Shown here piece after piece: positions 9,260 to 18,836 of a stretch of DNA of 64,000 nucleotides. The notes below the pieces were generated by a model. That model made no database searches. It saw only the letters and a program-made list of their open reading frames with translations, and was not told the origin of the DNA. Positions within the stretch are counted from its first letter, which is position 1. Every line of letters begins with the position of its first letter. The DNA comes from Bacteroidales bacterium (GTDB lineage Bacteria > Bacteroidota > Bacteroidia > Bacteroidales > P3): positions 28,419 to 92,418 of the forward strand of contig JAFZFU010000026.1 of the NCBI GenBank assembly GCA_017555745.1, read 5' to 3'. The position numbers and the translations under genes are program-made.

Positions 9260-11158
9260 ATGAAAAAAACTTTATTATTTGTAATGGCAGCGATAATATC
9301 GGTTGCTGTTAATGCACAAACAATTTTCTCGGAAAATTTTGATGGTGTGCAAGTAGACGCTAACGGAATGGGAACTGTTCCTTCAAGTTGGACAGTGTAT
9401 AGCGACAACCTAATTAACACAACTCAACTTCCCGGTTTTTCGCAAGGTTGGGACATCGTAGCAATGGGTGAACCCTATGGCAACATGGTAATGAGTGTTT
9501 CTTGGACCGAGCCTGAAGGCAATATGTGCAATCGTTGGTTAGTTACTCCTGCTATACCTATAACTGATTCCGGTATGTTTTTACGCTTCGATGCATACGG
9601 ATATACCGATGGTACATACGCCGAAAAAATGGAAGTGAAAATTTCTACTACCAACAATAGTAAAGAAAGTTTTACTACTTCTTTGTTAGACATTCCTGCT
9701 GTTCCCGGCGGACTTAGCACTCAACTTGTTGATTTGTCGGCATACGTAGGTCAAACAGTATATTTATCTTTCATAAACAAAGGAGATGGATATTATTTGA
9801 TACTTGACAATATTACTATTCTTAGACCTGTAGAAAACGAAGTAGAGCTAAGCAGTGTAAACGCTTCTGCCTATGCAAGAGTAAACACCGACTTTGATGT
9901 TAAAGGTGTTGTTGTAAACAAAGGTACTGCCGCTTTGACTTCGTTCGACGTAACTTACAATATTGATGGTGGCGAAAATGTAGCTACATACACTGTATCA
10001 GGAATCAATGTTCCTTACAATGGAACTTATACATTTACACACAATGTACCTGCCAACATAGCCACTACAGGCAATCATACAATAAACGTAATGGTATCTA
10101 ATCCTAACGAAGTAGCTGATGATGCTACAAATAATACTGCAAACGGAACAGTAACTATCTATGAAAATGGCACACAACGCACTGTATTGTTCGAACAATT
10201 CACTACAGCTAAATGCCCTAACTGTCCTCCTGCTCACACTTATTTGGATGGAATAATAGAACCAAGAGAAGAAAATATAGTATGGATGGCTCACCATGCC
10301 GGTTATTATACCGACAATTTGACTATTCCTGAAAACGAAGCAATGTTGGTATTCTACAACAGTAATGGTACATATGCTCCTAGTGCAATGGTAGACAGAA
10401 CTTATTTCCCTGAATCGGGTAAACCCGGTCCTGTAATGAATGCTTATGTTGAAGCATCATTCCTTGATAACCAAATTTCAAAACCTTCGGATGTAACCGT
10501 AAATATTTCAAATATTGTTTACGACACAGTTTCTCGTCAATTATCTGTAACTGTATCGGGTGAGGTAGTTGCTGATATTTCGGCATACAACTCTCCTCGC
10601 GTATCGTTGTACATAAAAGAAGACGGTATAAAAATGTCTCAATCGGGTGGTTCGTCTAACTATATCCACAACAATGCTATGCGTGATGCTGTATCTGACG
10701 TATGGGGTGATGCTGACGTAATAACATCTACTACTGTAGGTAGCACTTTCAGCAAAACATATAACTACACTATTCCCGGAACTTGGAAACCCAAAAACTT
10801 GGAATTGGTGGCTTTCGTAACAGAATACAACACAAACGTTAATCAACGTAGCGTATTGAACGCAACAGAAGTTCGTTTGGCCGACTCGGTACAAGTAAAC
10901 ACAGTAGGCATCGTAGAAGCATCGGATGTAGAATTGGTTGTATATCCAAATCCTGCTACCGACTATGCTATGGTAAGTTCTAACGCTGTTATAACCGAAG
11001 TTGCTATCATCAACACTTTGGGTCAAACAATTGCTACAATTCCTGCTAACGCAGAAAACGTACAAATCAACACTCAAGATTTGGCAAAAGGTATATATAT
11101 GATTTCTATTACCACTGCCGAAGGAAAAGCAGTTAAAAAACTTACTGTAACTAAATAA
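9260..11158 (+). CDS. T9SS-secreted surface protein: N-terminal adhesin-like (choice-of-anchor J type) domain + Omp28-related CxxC domain + type A C-terminal sorting domain
   Basis: Signal peptide. RTVLFEQFTTAKCPNCPPAH is typical of Omp28-related proteins. The C-terminus LVVYPNPATDYAMVS...GIYMISITTAEGKAVKKLTVTK is a T9SS type A CTD. Confidence 0.65.
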   Translation: MKKTLLFVMAAIISVAVNAQTIFSENFDGVQVDANGMGTVPSSWTVYSDNLINTTQLPGFSQGWDIVAMGEPYGNMVMSVSWTEPEGNMCNRWLVTPAIPITDSGMFLRFDAYGYTDGTYAEKMEVKISTTNNSKESFTTSLLDIPAVPGGLSTQLVDLSAYVGQTVYLSFINKGDGYYLILDNITILRPVENEVELSSVNASAYARVNTDFDVKGVVVNKGTAALTSFDVTYNIDGGENVATYTVSGINVPYNGTYTFTHNVPANIATTGNHTINVMVSNPNEVADDATNNTANGTVTIYENGTQRTVLFEQFTTAKCPNCPPAHTYLDGIIEPREENIVWMAHHAGYYTDNLTIPENEAMLVFYNSNGTYAPSAMVDRTYFPESGKPGPVMNAYVEASFLDNQISKPSDVTVNISNIVYDTVSRQLSVTVSGEVVADISAYNSPRVSLYIKEDGIKMSQSGGSSNYIHNNAMRDAVSDVWGDADVITSTTVGSTFSKTYNYTIPGTWKPKNLELVAFVTEYNTNVNQRSVLNATEVRLADSVQVNTVGIVEASDVELVVYPNPATDYAMVSSNAVITEVAIINTLGQTIATIPANAENVQINTQDLAKGIYMISITTAEGKAVKKLTVTK

Positions 11159-11185
11159 GAAATTTAGTGTTCATGATTATATTTA

Positions 11186-11215
11186 GGGGTTCTTTGCAAA
11201 GAGAGCCCCTTTTTA
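11186..11215 (+). terminator. Rho-independent terminator of the T9SS cargo gene
   Basis: ggggttcttt-gcaa-agagagcccc stem followed by TTTTTATT. Confidence 0.75.
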
Positions 11216-11230
11216 TTACCAAATAGAGAG

Positions 11231-11422
11231 CCTCGCGGCGGATATAAATTCCCTCACGAGGGAAATATAAAATCCTCGCGATGTTGTTGCAACTTCCTCG
11301 CGAGAAAAATCTGACAACATCGAGAGGAATTTTTTATCCCCCCGTGATATATTATCCGTTTATTTATACCCTATCATCAGCGTCGTCACAATAGGGTGTG
11401 AATGAATTGACGGTATACTGTC
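11231..11422 (+). repeat. Phased-palindrome/hairpin element, copy A
   Basis: 10-mers cctcgcggcg, cctcacgagg, cctcgcgatg, cctcgcgaga, catcgagagg and ccccgtgata start at 11231, 11252, 11274, 11296, 11318 and 11340 (period 21-22). They are followed by accctat...atagggtgtgaat (11368..11403) and gacggtatactgtc (11409..11422). Confidence 0.85.
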
Positions 11423-11554
11423 AAAATTAGACAAAGATATACCGCTACTATTGTATGTCGAAAATAAAAAAACTAAACAATAAATACGAAATACAAAAAG
11501 CCGTCAATGAAAAAAAATGTAGACAAAAATATTCCATACTTGCGAAAAAAGATG

Positions 11555-11562
11555 TAATTTTG
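11555..11562 (+). promoter_or_regulatory. -7 box for pth
   Basis: TAATTTTG immediately downstream of repeat copy A. Confidence 0.5.
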
Positions 11563-11639
11563 CAATTTTGTTTGTTAATATGAAATGGCTTAAAAATATT
11601 TTATCGTTCTGTAAAACAGAGAAAAAGATTGATAACGAA

Positions 11640-12203
11640 ATGAAATACTTAATAGTAGGATTGGGCAATATAGGTAGCGAATACGAAGATACACGCCACA
11701 ATATTGGCTTTATGGTTTTGGATAGGTTGGTAAAAGGTACCGATTATAAATTTGAAATTAAACGTCATGCCTACACAACCGAAATGCGATACAAAGGACG
11801 TACACTGCTACTGATAAAACCTACCACATATATGAACCTCAGTGGTAAAGCACTTAATTATTGGATGAAAACCGAAAAGATACCCATCGAAAATGTGTTG
11901 GTTATTGTTGACGACATAGCTTTACCCGTTGGTACAATACGCATAAAGAAAAAAGGTAGCGCCGGTGGACATAATGGACTTGGCAATATCGAAGAAACTT
12001 TAGGTCATGCCGACTATGCTCGTTTGCGTTTCGGTATAGGCGACAACTTCTCGAGAGGCAGACAGATAGACTATGTTCTTGGAAAGTTTACAGCCGAAGA
12101 ACTTGCTACAATAGACCCTCAGATAGACAAGGCTTGCGAAGCAATAAAAAACTTTGCGGCTATGGGAATAGACAAAACAATGAATTTCTTCAATAATAAG
12201 TAA
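11640..12203 (+). CDS. pth: Peptidyl-tRNA hydrolase
   Basis: MKYLIVGLGNIGSEYEDTRHNIGF... is the canonical Pth N-terminus, and GHNGLGNI is present. An in-frame ATG at 11580 is an alternative start; the track start 11568 lies inside or too close to the promoter box. Confidence 0.9.
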   Translation: MKYLIVGLGNIGSEYEDTRHNIGFMVLDRLVKGTDYKFEIKRHAYTTEMRYKGRTLLLIKPTTYMNLSGKALNYWMKTEKIPIENVLVIVDDIALPVGTIRIKKKGSAGGHNGLGNIEETLGHADYARLRFGIGDNFSRGRQIDYVLGKFTAEELATIDPQIDKACEAIKNFAAMGIDKTMNFFNNK

Positions 12204-12216
12204 TATCTACAATTCT

Positions 12217-12942
12217 ATGAATTTGATTATAGATATAGGAAATACTCGTACAAAGGTTGCGGTGTTTGACGGCGATACCCTTATGGAACAATGGGTATAC
12301 GAGCGTATTACACCCGAATGTATATCGAGCATAACCAAGATGTATTCTATAAGCAAAGCCATAGTGTCGTCGGTGGGCAAAGATGTAGATTGTAAAAACT
12401 TACTGTCGGGAATACCCCGATACTTTGAATTATCGTCGCAGCTAAAACTTCCTATAACCAATATGTATAAAACCCCCAATACCTTAGGTGCCGACAGACT
12501 TGCCGGGGCGGTGGGGGCCACAGTATTGTTTCCCGACGAAAATAATTTGGTTATAGACATGGGTACATGTATCACATTAGACTTTGTGAACAAAGATGGC
12601 GAGTATAAAGGCGGTGCCATATTGCCGGGAATTTCGATGAAATTTAAAGCCCTACATACTTTTACGAACAAACTTCCGTTATTGTCTACTGAAAATTTAG
12701 TTGATACCGCTAATATTATAGGCAACGACACACAGTCGTCGATAATTTTGGGAGTGATTAATGCAACGTGCTATGAATTGGAAGGTTTTGTAGATAGATA
12801 TATCGATACTTTTGGGCCGATAAACATAATATTTACGGGAGGAGACGCTATTTATTTTGAAAAACGAGTAAAATTTCCGAACTTTGTCAATTCAAACTTA
12901 TTATTGATAGGTCTTAATAAAATATTGAACTATAATGAATAA
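12217..12942 (+). CDS. coaX: Type III pantothenate kinase
   Basis: MNLIIDIGNTRTKVAVF, GADRLAGAVGA, IDMGTCITLD and TGGDA motifs of CoaX. Confidence 0.9.
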   Translation: MNLIIDIGNTRTKVAVFDGDTLMEQWVYERITPECISSITKMYSISKAIVSSVGKDVDCKNLLSGIPRYFELSSQLKLPITNMYKTPNTLGADRLAGAVGATVLFPDENNLVIDMGTCITLDFVNKDGEYKGGAILPGISMKFKALHTFTNKLPLLSTENLVDTANIIGNDTQSSIILGVINATCYELEGFVDRYIDTFGPINIIFTGGDAIYFEKRVKFPNFVNSNLLLIGLNKILNYNE

Positions 12943-14263
12943 CAAGAAAAATAAAGGTATATTATTACTGCTATTATTCAGTATAATTATGCCCGTAGTA
13001 GGTCAAAATGGTATAAATTCGCCATTTTCGCAGTTTGGAATAGGCGAATTAAAAACATTTTATTCCCATCCATATACCGGATCGATGGGCGGCTTGTCGT
13101 ATACCATACGAAAAAACAATATTATTAATTTTGCCAATCCTGCATCATACACCGCTTTCGATAGCAACTCGTTTGTGTTTGATATGGGGATGGGATTCGA
13201 TTTTATAAGCTTAAAAAATAATGATAATAAATTTAGAGATGCTGATGCCGCTCTCAGTCATATAATGATTGGTATGCCACTTACCAAATGGTGGCGCACA
13301 AGTGTGGGAATACTTCCATTGAGCGAAGTAAGTTACATAACTACCAAAAATTTATATACTATAGAGAATGGTGACTCGCTATTTTCGCAAAGTGTGTTCG
13401 ACGGTACGGGTGGAATAACAAGACTGTATTGGGGTAATGCTTTCAAAATAACCAATAATTTATCGGTCGGTGTTAATGCCAACTACTTGTTTGGACAAGA
13501 AACAAGAGCCATCACATTCCTTTTCCCCGACTCGGCTGCGATGCTCAATTCCCGCAAATTAAAAGAAACGGATATACGCAATTTTACTTTTGATTTTGGC
13601 TTGCAATACACTCAAAGCCTCGGCAAAAATTATACACTTGGAGTGGGTATGACCTATTCGATGCCGATGAATTTGAAAGTGAAAGACAGATCGGTGTTAT
13701 ATACTTTTGCACGCAAAGGCGAAAACGAATATCCTCGCGATACCATTTTTCCAGTAAAAGAATACGAAAGTACGCTTACAATGCCTACCGTTGTTGGTTT
13801 TGGATTATCGCTCACCCGCAACGAAAAATGGATGGTAGGCATAGATGCAACCTACTCGGAATGGTCGATGCCCAAATATATCGAAAATGAAGACATAAAT
13901 ATACTCGGAGATTGGGATGCTTTTGAATATAGCAATAGCCTTCGCTTCGCTTTGGGCGGCGAAAAAATGGGCGACTTGTTATCGACCAAATATTTTGAAA
14001 GAATGTCGTTCAGAGCCGGAGTTCATTTTGAACAAGGTAAGTTAAGTGTACTAAATCAAGCCACCAATCAATTTGAAACAATGAATGATTTCGGCATACA
14101 CGTAGGTATGTCGGTGCCTGTACGAAAAATGAAATCGCTCATCAACATCTCATTTCAATGGGGATGCTATGGCACGAAGGATATATTGAAAAAGAACTAT
14201 GCTCAAATAGGCTTGTCGCTATCGACCAGCGATACATGGTTTAAGAAACAAAAATACGATTAG
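12935..14263 (+). CDS. Putative outer-membrane beta-barrel protein (function unknown)
   Basis: Signal peptide. Alternating aromatic/hydrophobic beta-strand pattern throughout, with an aromatic-rich C-terminus. Overlaps the coaX stop by 8 nt. No family name can be supported. Confidence 0.4.
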   Translation: MNNKKNKGILLLLLFSIIMPVVGQNGINSPFSQFGIGELKTFYSHPYTGSMGGLSYTIRKNNIINFANPASYTAFDSNSFVFDMGMGFDFISLKNNDNKFRDADAALSHIMIGMPLTKWWRTSVGILPLSEVSYITTKNLYTIENGDSLFSQSVFDGTGGITRLYWGNAFKITNNLSVGVNANYLFGQETRAITFLFPDSAAMLNSRKLKETDIRNFTFDFGLQYTQSLGKNYTLGVGMTYSMPMNLKVKDRSVLYTFARKGENEYPRDTIFPVKEYESTLTMPTVVGFGLSLTRNEKWMVGIDATYSEWSMPKYIENEDINILGDWDAFEYSNSLRFALGGEKMGDLLSTKYFERMSFRAGVHFEQGKLSVLNQATNQFETMNDFGIHVGMSVPVRKMKSLINISFQWGCYGTKDILKKNYAQIGLSLSTSDTWFKKQKYD

Positions 14264-14295
14264 AAATAATAAATATAGAATAATAAATAACAGAA

Positions 14296-15612
14296 ATGAA
14301 AAAAATGACAAAAATAGGATTAGCCATAATGGTAACAGCTATGGCTTTTTCTGCAAATGCTCAAAAAACAGGTAAAACACCTGAAGACAGTGTAAAATGT
14401 ATCGAAAACTTGTCTTTGTATCAAGAGGCATACAAAATGAAAAATTATGTTGATGCCTACAAACCATGGAAAGAAGTATTGCAATACTGCCCCGGATATA
14501 ACAAGAATATATACATCAGAGGTGGTAACATACTAAAAACTATGATTGTAAATGCCAAAACAGCCGAAGAACAATCAAAGTACATTGATGAATTGATGGC
14601 AATGTATGATTTGAGAATACAATATTTTGGCGAAGAAGGTTTGAACAAAGCACGCAAAGCCTTGGATTTGGAACAACTTAGAGGCGAAGCAGCTATAGAA
14701 GATTACTATAGATTATACGAAGAAGCTGTGAAATTAGATGGCGAAAGTTTGGAACCTTCGTATATTTATAAATTCTTCGAAGCTACAATATTCTATGTTC
14801 ATTCAAAGAAAGTCGATCCTACTTTGATTATCGACAACTATGATTTGGCGTCTACTTTGTTAGAAAAAGCGCTAAAAGCAAAACCGGGCGATGCTGATAC
14901 AAAAACAGCTATCAGCAATGTGGAAGCAGCATTCTCGCCATACGCTTCTTGCGAACAATTGGTAGATATATTCACCAAAAAATACGAAGCCAATCCAGAT
15001 GATTTGGAATTAGTAAAGAAAATATCTAATCTATTGGAAAGCAAAGGCTGTACAAAAACAGAGTTGTTCTTTAACACTACCGAAAAGCTACATGCTATGC
15101 AACCAAGTCCCGAATCGGCTTATATGATGGGTAACTTGTGTTTGACCAAACAACAATATGCCAAAGCTGCCGAATACTTAAAAGAAGCAGTAGCCGGTGT
15201 AGAAGAAGATAAAAAATATCAAGCTAACATTCGTTTGGCTTATGCATTGCAAGGTGCTAAGAGCTATGCTGCATCAAGAAGTGCTGCTTACGAAGCCGCA
15301 AAATTGGATCCTACCAAAGGTGAACCATATATGATTATAGCTTCATTATATGCCGAAACTGCCGGTAGCTGTTGTGGTAGTGGTCCTGTTATGAGCCGTG
15401 TGGCTTATTGGGCAGCTGTCGACAAAGCTATACGTGCCAAAAACGTAGAAGATACTCCCGAAATGGTAGAACGTGCCAATAAGTTCATTAATACTTATTC
15501 GCGTCACTTCCCAAGTCAAACCGATGCTTTTATGGAAAATATCATCGATGGTAATTCGTTTACAGTTGGCGGTTGGATTGGAGAAACAACAACAGTTAGA
15601 ACGGTAAAATAG
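14296..15612 (+). CDS. Secreted helical-repeat (TPR-like) protein, function unknown
   Basis: Signal peptide MKKMTKIGLAIMVTAMAFSANAQ. All-helical, A/K/E/Y-rich repeats. The coaX - OMP - TPR - lptC order is common in Bacteroidota. Confidence 0.4.
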   Translation: MKKMTKIGLAIMVTAMAFSANAQKTGKTPEDSVKCIENLSLYQEAYKMKNYVDAYKPWKEVLQYCPGYNKNIYIRGGNILKTMIVNAKTAEEQSKYIDELMAMYDLRIQYFGEEGLNKARKALDLEQLRGEAAIEDYYRLYEEAVKLDGESLEPSYIYKFFEATIFYVHSKKVDPTLIIDNYDLASTLLEKALKAKPGDADTKTAISNVEAAFSPYASCEQLVDIFTKKYEANPDDLELVKKISNLLESKGCTKTELFFNTTEKLHAMQPSPESAYMMGNLCLTKQQYAKAAEYLKEAVAGVEEDKKYQANIRLAYALQGAKSYAASRSAAYEAAKLDPTKGEPYMIIASLYAETAGSCCGSGPVMSRVAYWAAVDKAIRAKNVEDTPEMVERANKFINTYSRHFPSQTDAFMENIIDGNSFTVGGWIGETTTVRTVK

Positions 15613-16190
15613 TGAATACTATCAAAAACATAATACGGCAAACATGCCTGCCACTGCAAGTGGTGGGTATGTTTGTTTTTATATTCTTTATGTCGGCATG
15701 TTCCAACGATATTAAGGAAATACAATTTTTCGACCCATCCAATCAACCGGTGCAGGTAGTAAAAAACGCCCATATAGTACAAAGTAAAGGCGGAGATATA
15801 CAACTTAAACTTGATGCTCCCTCCATACAAAAATTCGATGGCGAAGAGCCAAAAACAGAATATCCCGACGGAGTGTTTGTGCAATTTTTTAATTCCCAAA
15901 ATGAAGTGTCGACATCGCTGTCGGCAAAATATGCCATTTCGTATGATGCACAAAATATCATGGAAGCCCGAAACGATGTGGTTATTATCGATTATGGCTC
16001 GGGCGATACCACATACATGGAATCGATAGTGTGGAACAAAGACGAAAAAAGGATATATTCAAACAAACCAATAAAGTCGGTAAACGGAACTCGAATAACG
16101 TACGGCGATGGTTTCGAATCCGACGACAAATTTAAAAATCCTAAAATCTTCAACCAACGAGGTACACTCGAATGGAAGGAGGATGAATAA
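15612..16190 (+). CDS. lptC: LptC-like LPS export periplasmic lipoprotein
   Basis: GTG start overlapping the upstream stop. Lipobox FFMSAC. ~190 aa with an OstA/LptC-like beta-jellyroll pattern (VVIIDYGSGDTTYMESIVWNKDEKRIYSNKPIK). Confidence 0.5.
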   Translation: MNTIKNIIRQTCLPLQVVGMFVFIFFMSACSNDIKEIQFFDPSNQPVQVVKNAHIVQSKGGDIQLKLDAPSIQKFDGEEPKTEYPDGVFVQFFNSQNEVSTSLSAKYAISYDAQNIMEARNDVVIIDYGSGDTTYMESIVWNKDEKRIYSNKPIKSVNGTRITYGDGFESDDKFKNPKIFNQRGTLEWKEDE

Positions 16191-16235
16191 CACTTTTTAC
16201 TTATCAGCCTTTATTTATTGACTATTACCAATATA

Positions 16236-16315
16236 GATAACTTCTAAAAATTCCACGTTTTAGATATACACTGCACTATCTTTTTAATTTTAGCAGACCT
16301 TGCTTTTTTTATGTC
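16236..16315 (+). repeat. Head-family repeat copy, 'ccac' subtype
   Basis: aacttctaaaaattccacgttttagata...ttagcagaccttgcttttttt aligns with 31193..31265 (aacttctaaaaattccacattttggata...cttttgcctgctttgtgtttttt). Confidence 0.7.
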
Positions 16316-16408
16316 TATATACCCTGCTAACAATAAGGATATTGATAGCGGGGAATATTTTATTTCTTAAAAAAAGAAAAAACTATTTGTTCATTGGAAA
16401 ATTATTTG

Positions 16409-16416
16409 TAAATTTG
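16409..16416 (+). promoter_or_regulatory. -7 box for ackA
   Basis: TAAATTTG with a TTTG about 20 nt upstream (16386..16389). Confidence 0.5.
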
Positions 16417-16474
16417 AGGACTTAAAATAAACTTGATAATATTAATAAAGTACAATAAATAAATAAGTTATACG

Positions 16475-17680
16475 ATGAAGATTTTAGTATTAAACTGCGG
16501 AAGTTCGTCTATAAAGTATCAATTGATTGATATGTCGAACAATGCTGAGGTTATGGCAAAAGGATTATTGGAGCGTGTAGGATCTGAAATGGGAGAGTTT
16601 ACACACCGCCCGGCTGGAAGAGACAAACACTACGAACAACGTCCCATAGCCAATCACACCGAAGGTATAGACCTTGTGTTGCACACTCTTACCGACCCTA
16701 AATTAGGTGTGATAAAAGACTTAAACGAGATAGGCGCTTGTGGTCATCGTGTTGCACATGGTGGCGAAGTTTTCAAAGACAGTGTAATCATCGATGATGC
16801 AGTAATAAAACATATCCAAGATTTGTCGGAGTTGGCACCATTGCATACCCCTGCTATCTTGAAAGGGATATATGCTACCGAAGAGTTGCTTCCCAACATC
16901 AAAAAGGTAGCCGTTTTCGATACTTCGTTTCATCAAACTATGCCTGCCGAAGCTTATTTGTATGGCCTTCCTTACGAACTTTACGAAAAATATAAAATCC
17001 GTCGTTATGGTTTCCATGGTACAAGCCATAAATTTGTAGCCGAAAAAGCCGCCAAAATGATTGGTAAAGATTGGCACGATTTAAAAATTATCACTTGCCA
17101 CTTGGGTAGTGGTGCTTCTATTGCTGCTATCAAAAATGGACAATCGGTTGATACCACTATGGGATTCACCCCTCTTGAAGGTTTGGTAATGGGTACTCGT
17201 TGTGGCGATTTGGATCCGGGAGTATTGTTGTACATAGCCGAAAAAGAAAACATGACACCCGATCAATTGAACACTATGCTTAATAAGAAATCGGGACTTG
17301 TGGGATTGTGTGGCCGCTCGGATATGAGAGATGTACGCGCAGGTCGCGACGAAGGCGATCCTCGTTGCACCGACGCTTTCAACGTTTTTGCTCATCATGT
17401 AAAAAAATATATCGGAGCATATTCTGCTATAATGAATGGTTGCGACATATTGGTAATGACAGGTGGTATTGGCGAAAACGCCTGGTTTATGCGCGAACCA
17501 ATACTTTCTAACATGGAATTCTTAGGTATCGAAATAGACACAGCTTTGAACGCTACTATAATGGGTGAAGACAAAATAATATCTACACCTAATTCGAAAG
17601 TAACCACTATGGTGGTAACTACCGACGAAGAATTTGTAATAGCAAGCGATACCGACCGGTTAGTAAATGGTTGCAAATAA
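16475..17680 (+). CDS. ackA: Acetate kinase
   Basis: MKILVLNCGSSSIKYQL, GHRVAHGG, RRYGFHGTSH and TGGIGENA motifs. Confidence 0.95.
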   Translation: MKILVLNCGSSSIKYQLIDMSNNAEVMAKGLLERVGSEMGEFTHRPAGRDKHYEQRPIANHTEGIDLVLHTLTDPKLGVIKDLNEIGACGHRVAHGGEVFKDSVIIDDAVIKHIQDLSELAPLHTPAILKGIYATEELLPNIKKVAVFDTSFHQTMPAEAYLYGLPYELYEKYKIRRYGFHGTSHKFVAEKAAKMIGKDWHDLKIITCHLGSGASIAAIKNGQSVDTTMGFTPLEGLVMGTRCGDLDPGVLLYIAEKENMTPDQLNTMLNKKSGLVGLCGRSDMRDVRAGRDEGDPRCTDAFNVFAHHVKKYIGAYSAIMNGCDILVMTGGIGENAWFMREPILSNMEFLGIEIDTALNATIMGEDKIISTPNSKVTTMVVTTDEEFVIASDTDRLVNGCK

Positions 17681-17751
17681 TATATCAGCCATCGATTATT
17701 GACTATCCAAAAAGATAGAACGAGAAGTCTGATAACTGAAATAAATATATC

Positions 17752-17792
17752 GAGAGTGGATTTGTTTATATACAAATTCACTCTCTTTTTTT
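17752..17792 (+). terminator. Rho-independent terminator of ackA
   Basis: gagagtggatttgt-ttatat-acaaattcactctc forms a 14-bp stem, followed by TTTTTTT. Confidence 0.85.
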
Positions 17793-17815
17793 ATTCACTC
17801 CCTTAGAGTTGATAG

Positions 17816-17935
17816 AAACCCCTGTGGTTTGCCATTCAAAAGTGCCATACTTTTGACCCGTAACTATGGGAGTTACGACCCCTAAACATGGGAGTTACGG
17901 GTGATAAACCACATAGTTTGTAATAGTAATATTAC
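17816..17935. repeat. Array of five to six unrelated short hairpins on a ~22-bp lattice
   Basis: aaacc/ggttt (centre 17823), caaaagt/acttttg (17846), cgtaact/agttacg (17868), a degenerate repeat of atgggagttacg (17890), aaac/gttt (17912.5), gtaatattac (17930.5). Confidence 0.7.
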
Positions 17936-18112
17936 AGACTATTTATCCAAATACCGACTTTAAGGTGATAACACCCGACAACTATATTGAGTTTGTGAAT
18001 ACTATATTGTAGCAATAGGGGATACTATTTCTTGTTTGTTGCATAAAAAGTACCACCGTTGAACAATGAAAATACTTTTTTGTGGTTTATATATACAGAA
18101 ATATAAATAGTA

Positions 18113-18826
18113 ATGGAATTAAAAATATTTTTATACCGCTTATCGTTGGCACTACTGCTTGGTGCCTGTATAGGCTTAGAGCGACAAATAAAGCAACGTA
18201 GTGCAGGACTTGTTACCAATTCGCTTGTGGCATTGGGTGCCTGTATATTTATATTGATATCCGAAAGTGCAGGCATTAGAGGTAGTTCCGACAATTTGCG
18301 TGTGCTGGGACAAGTGGTTACAGGTATCGGTTTTTTGGGTGCCGGTGTTATAATGCGTGATGGTTTTACCATTCATGGCTTAAATACTGCTGCCACTTTG
18401 TGGTGCTCGGCGGCAATAGGCTCCTTATGTGGCTTCGGACTTTATTTGGAAGGAGCAATTGCAGCAGCCTCTATAATTGCCACACATCTACTGCTAAAAC
18501 CCATTTCGGACTACTTCGACCGTCGTACTCAAAAGCCTATCGAGATAAAAAATGTAGGTTTTTCGATAGAGGTAATAACCGATTTGAAAAACGAGATGTC
18601 GATACGCTCGTTGTTTGTAGAAATGATAAGCAATTACGACAATATGCAGTTGCAAAAGATGAAATCGTCGCAAAACACTGCATCAGGATATGTGGAACTG
18701 AAAATGGATATACTTACCTACGACAACGACCAAACATCCAAAAATCATCTGTTGCAAGATATGTCGAAGATACAATGTATAAAAGAAATAACATCAACCA
18801 CACTTACAAAAAAGATAGAACGCTGA
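18113..18826 (+). CDS. mgtC: MgtC/SapB family membrane protein
   Basis: ERQIKQRSAGLVTNSLVALGAC, TGIGFLGAGVIMRDG..IHGLNTAATLWCSAAIGSLCGFG, followed by a soluble C-terminal domain. Confidence 0.85.
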   Translation: MELKIFLYRLSLALLLGACIGLERQIKQRSAGLVTNSLVALGACIFILISESAGIRGSSDNLRVLGQVVTGIGFLGAGVIMRDGFTIHGLNTAATLWCSAAIGSLCGFGLYLEGAIAAASIIATHLLLKPISDYFDRRTQKPIEIKNVGFSIEVITDLKNEMSIRSLFVEMISNYDNMQLQKMKSSQNTASGYVELKMDILTYDNDQTSKNHLLQDMSKIQCIKEITSTTLTKKIER

Positions 18827-18836
18827 TAAGATAACG

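Noticed and set aside
11231-11350. CRISPR-array interpretation of the 22-bp periodic arrays (also 31492, 49613, 57826, 40531, 23503)
   Set aside because: The period is only 21-22 bp and the conserved core about 10-16 bp. There is no repeat/spacer alternation of CRISPR dimensions, units degenerate at the edges, there are no cas genes in the window, and copies are dispersed.
12207-12731. 174-aa minus-strand ORF
   Set aside because: Antisense to coaX, which has unmistakable type III pantothenate kinase motifs. The ORF has no motifs of its own.
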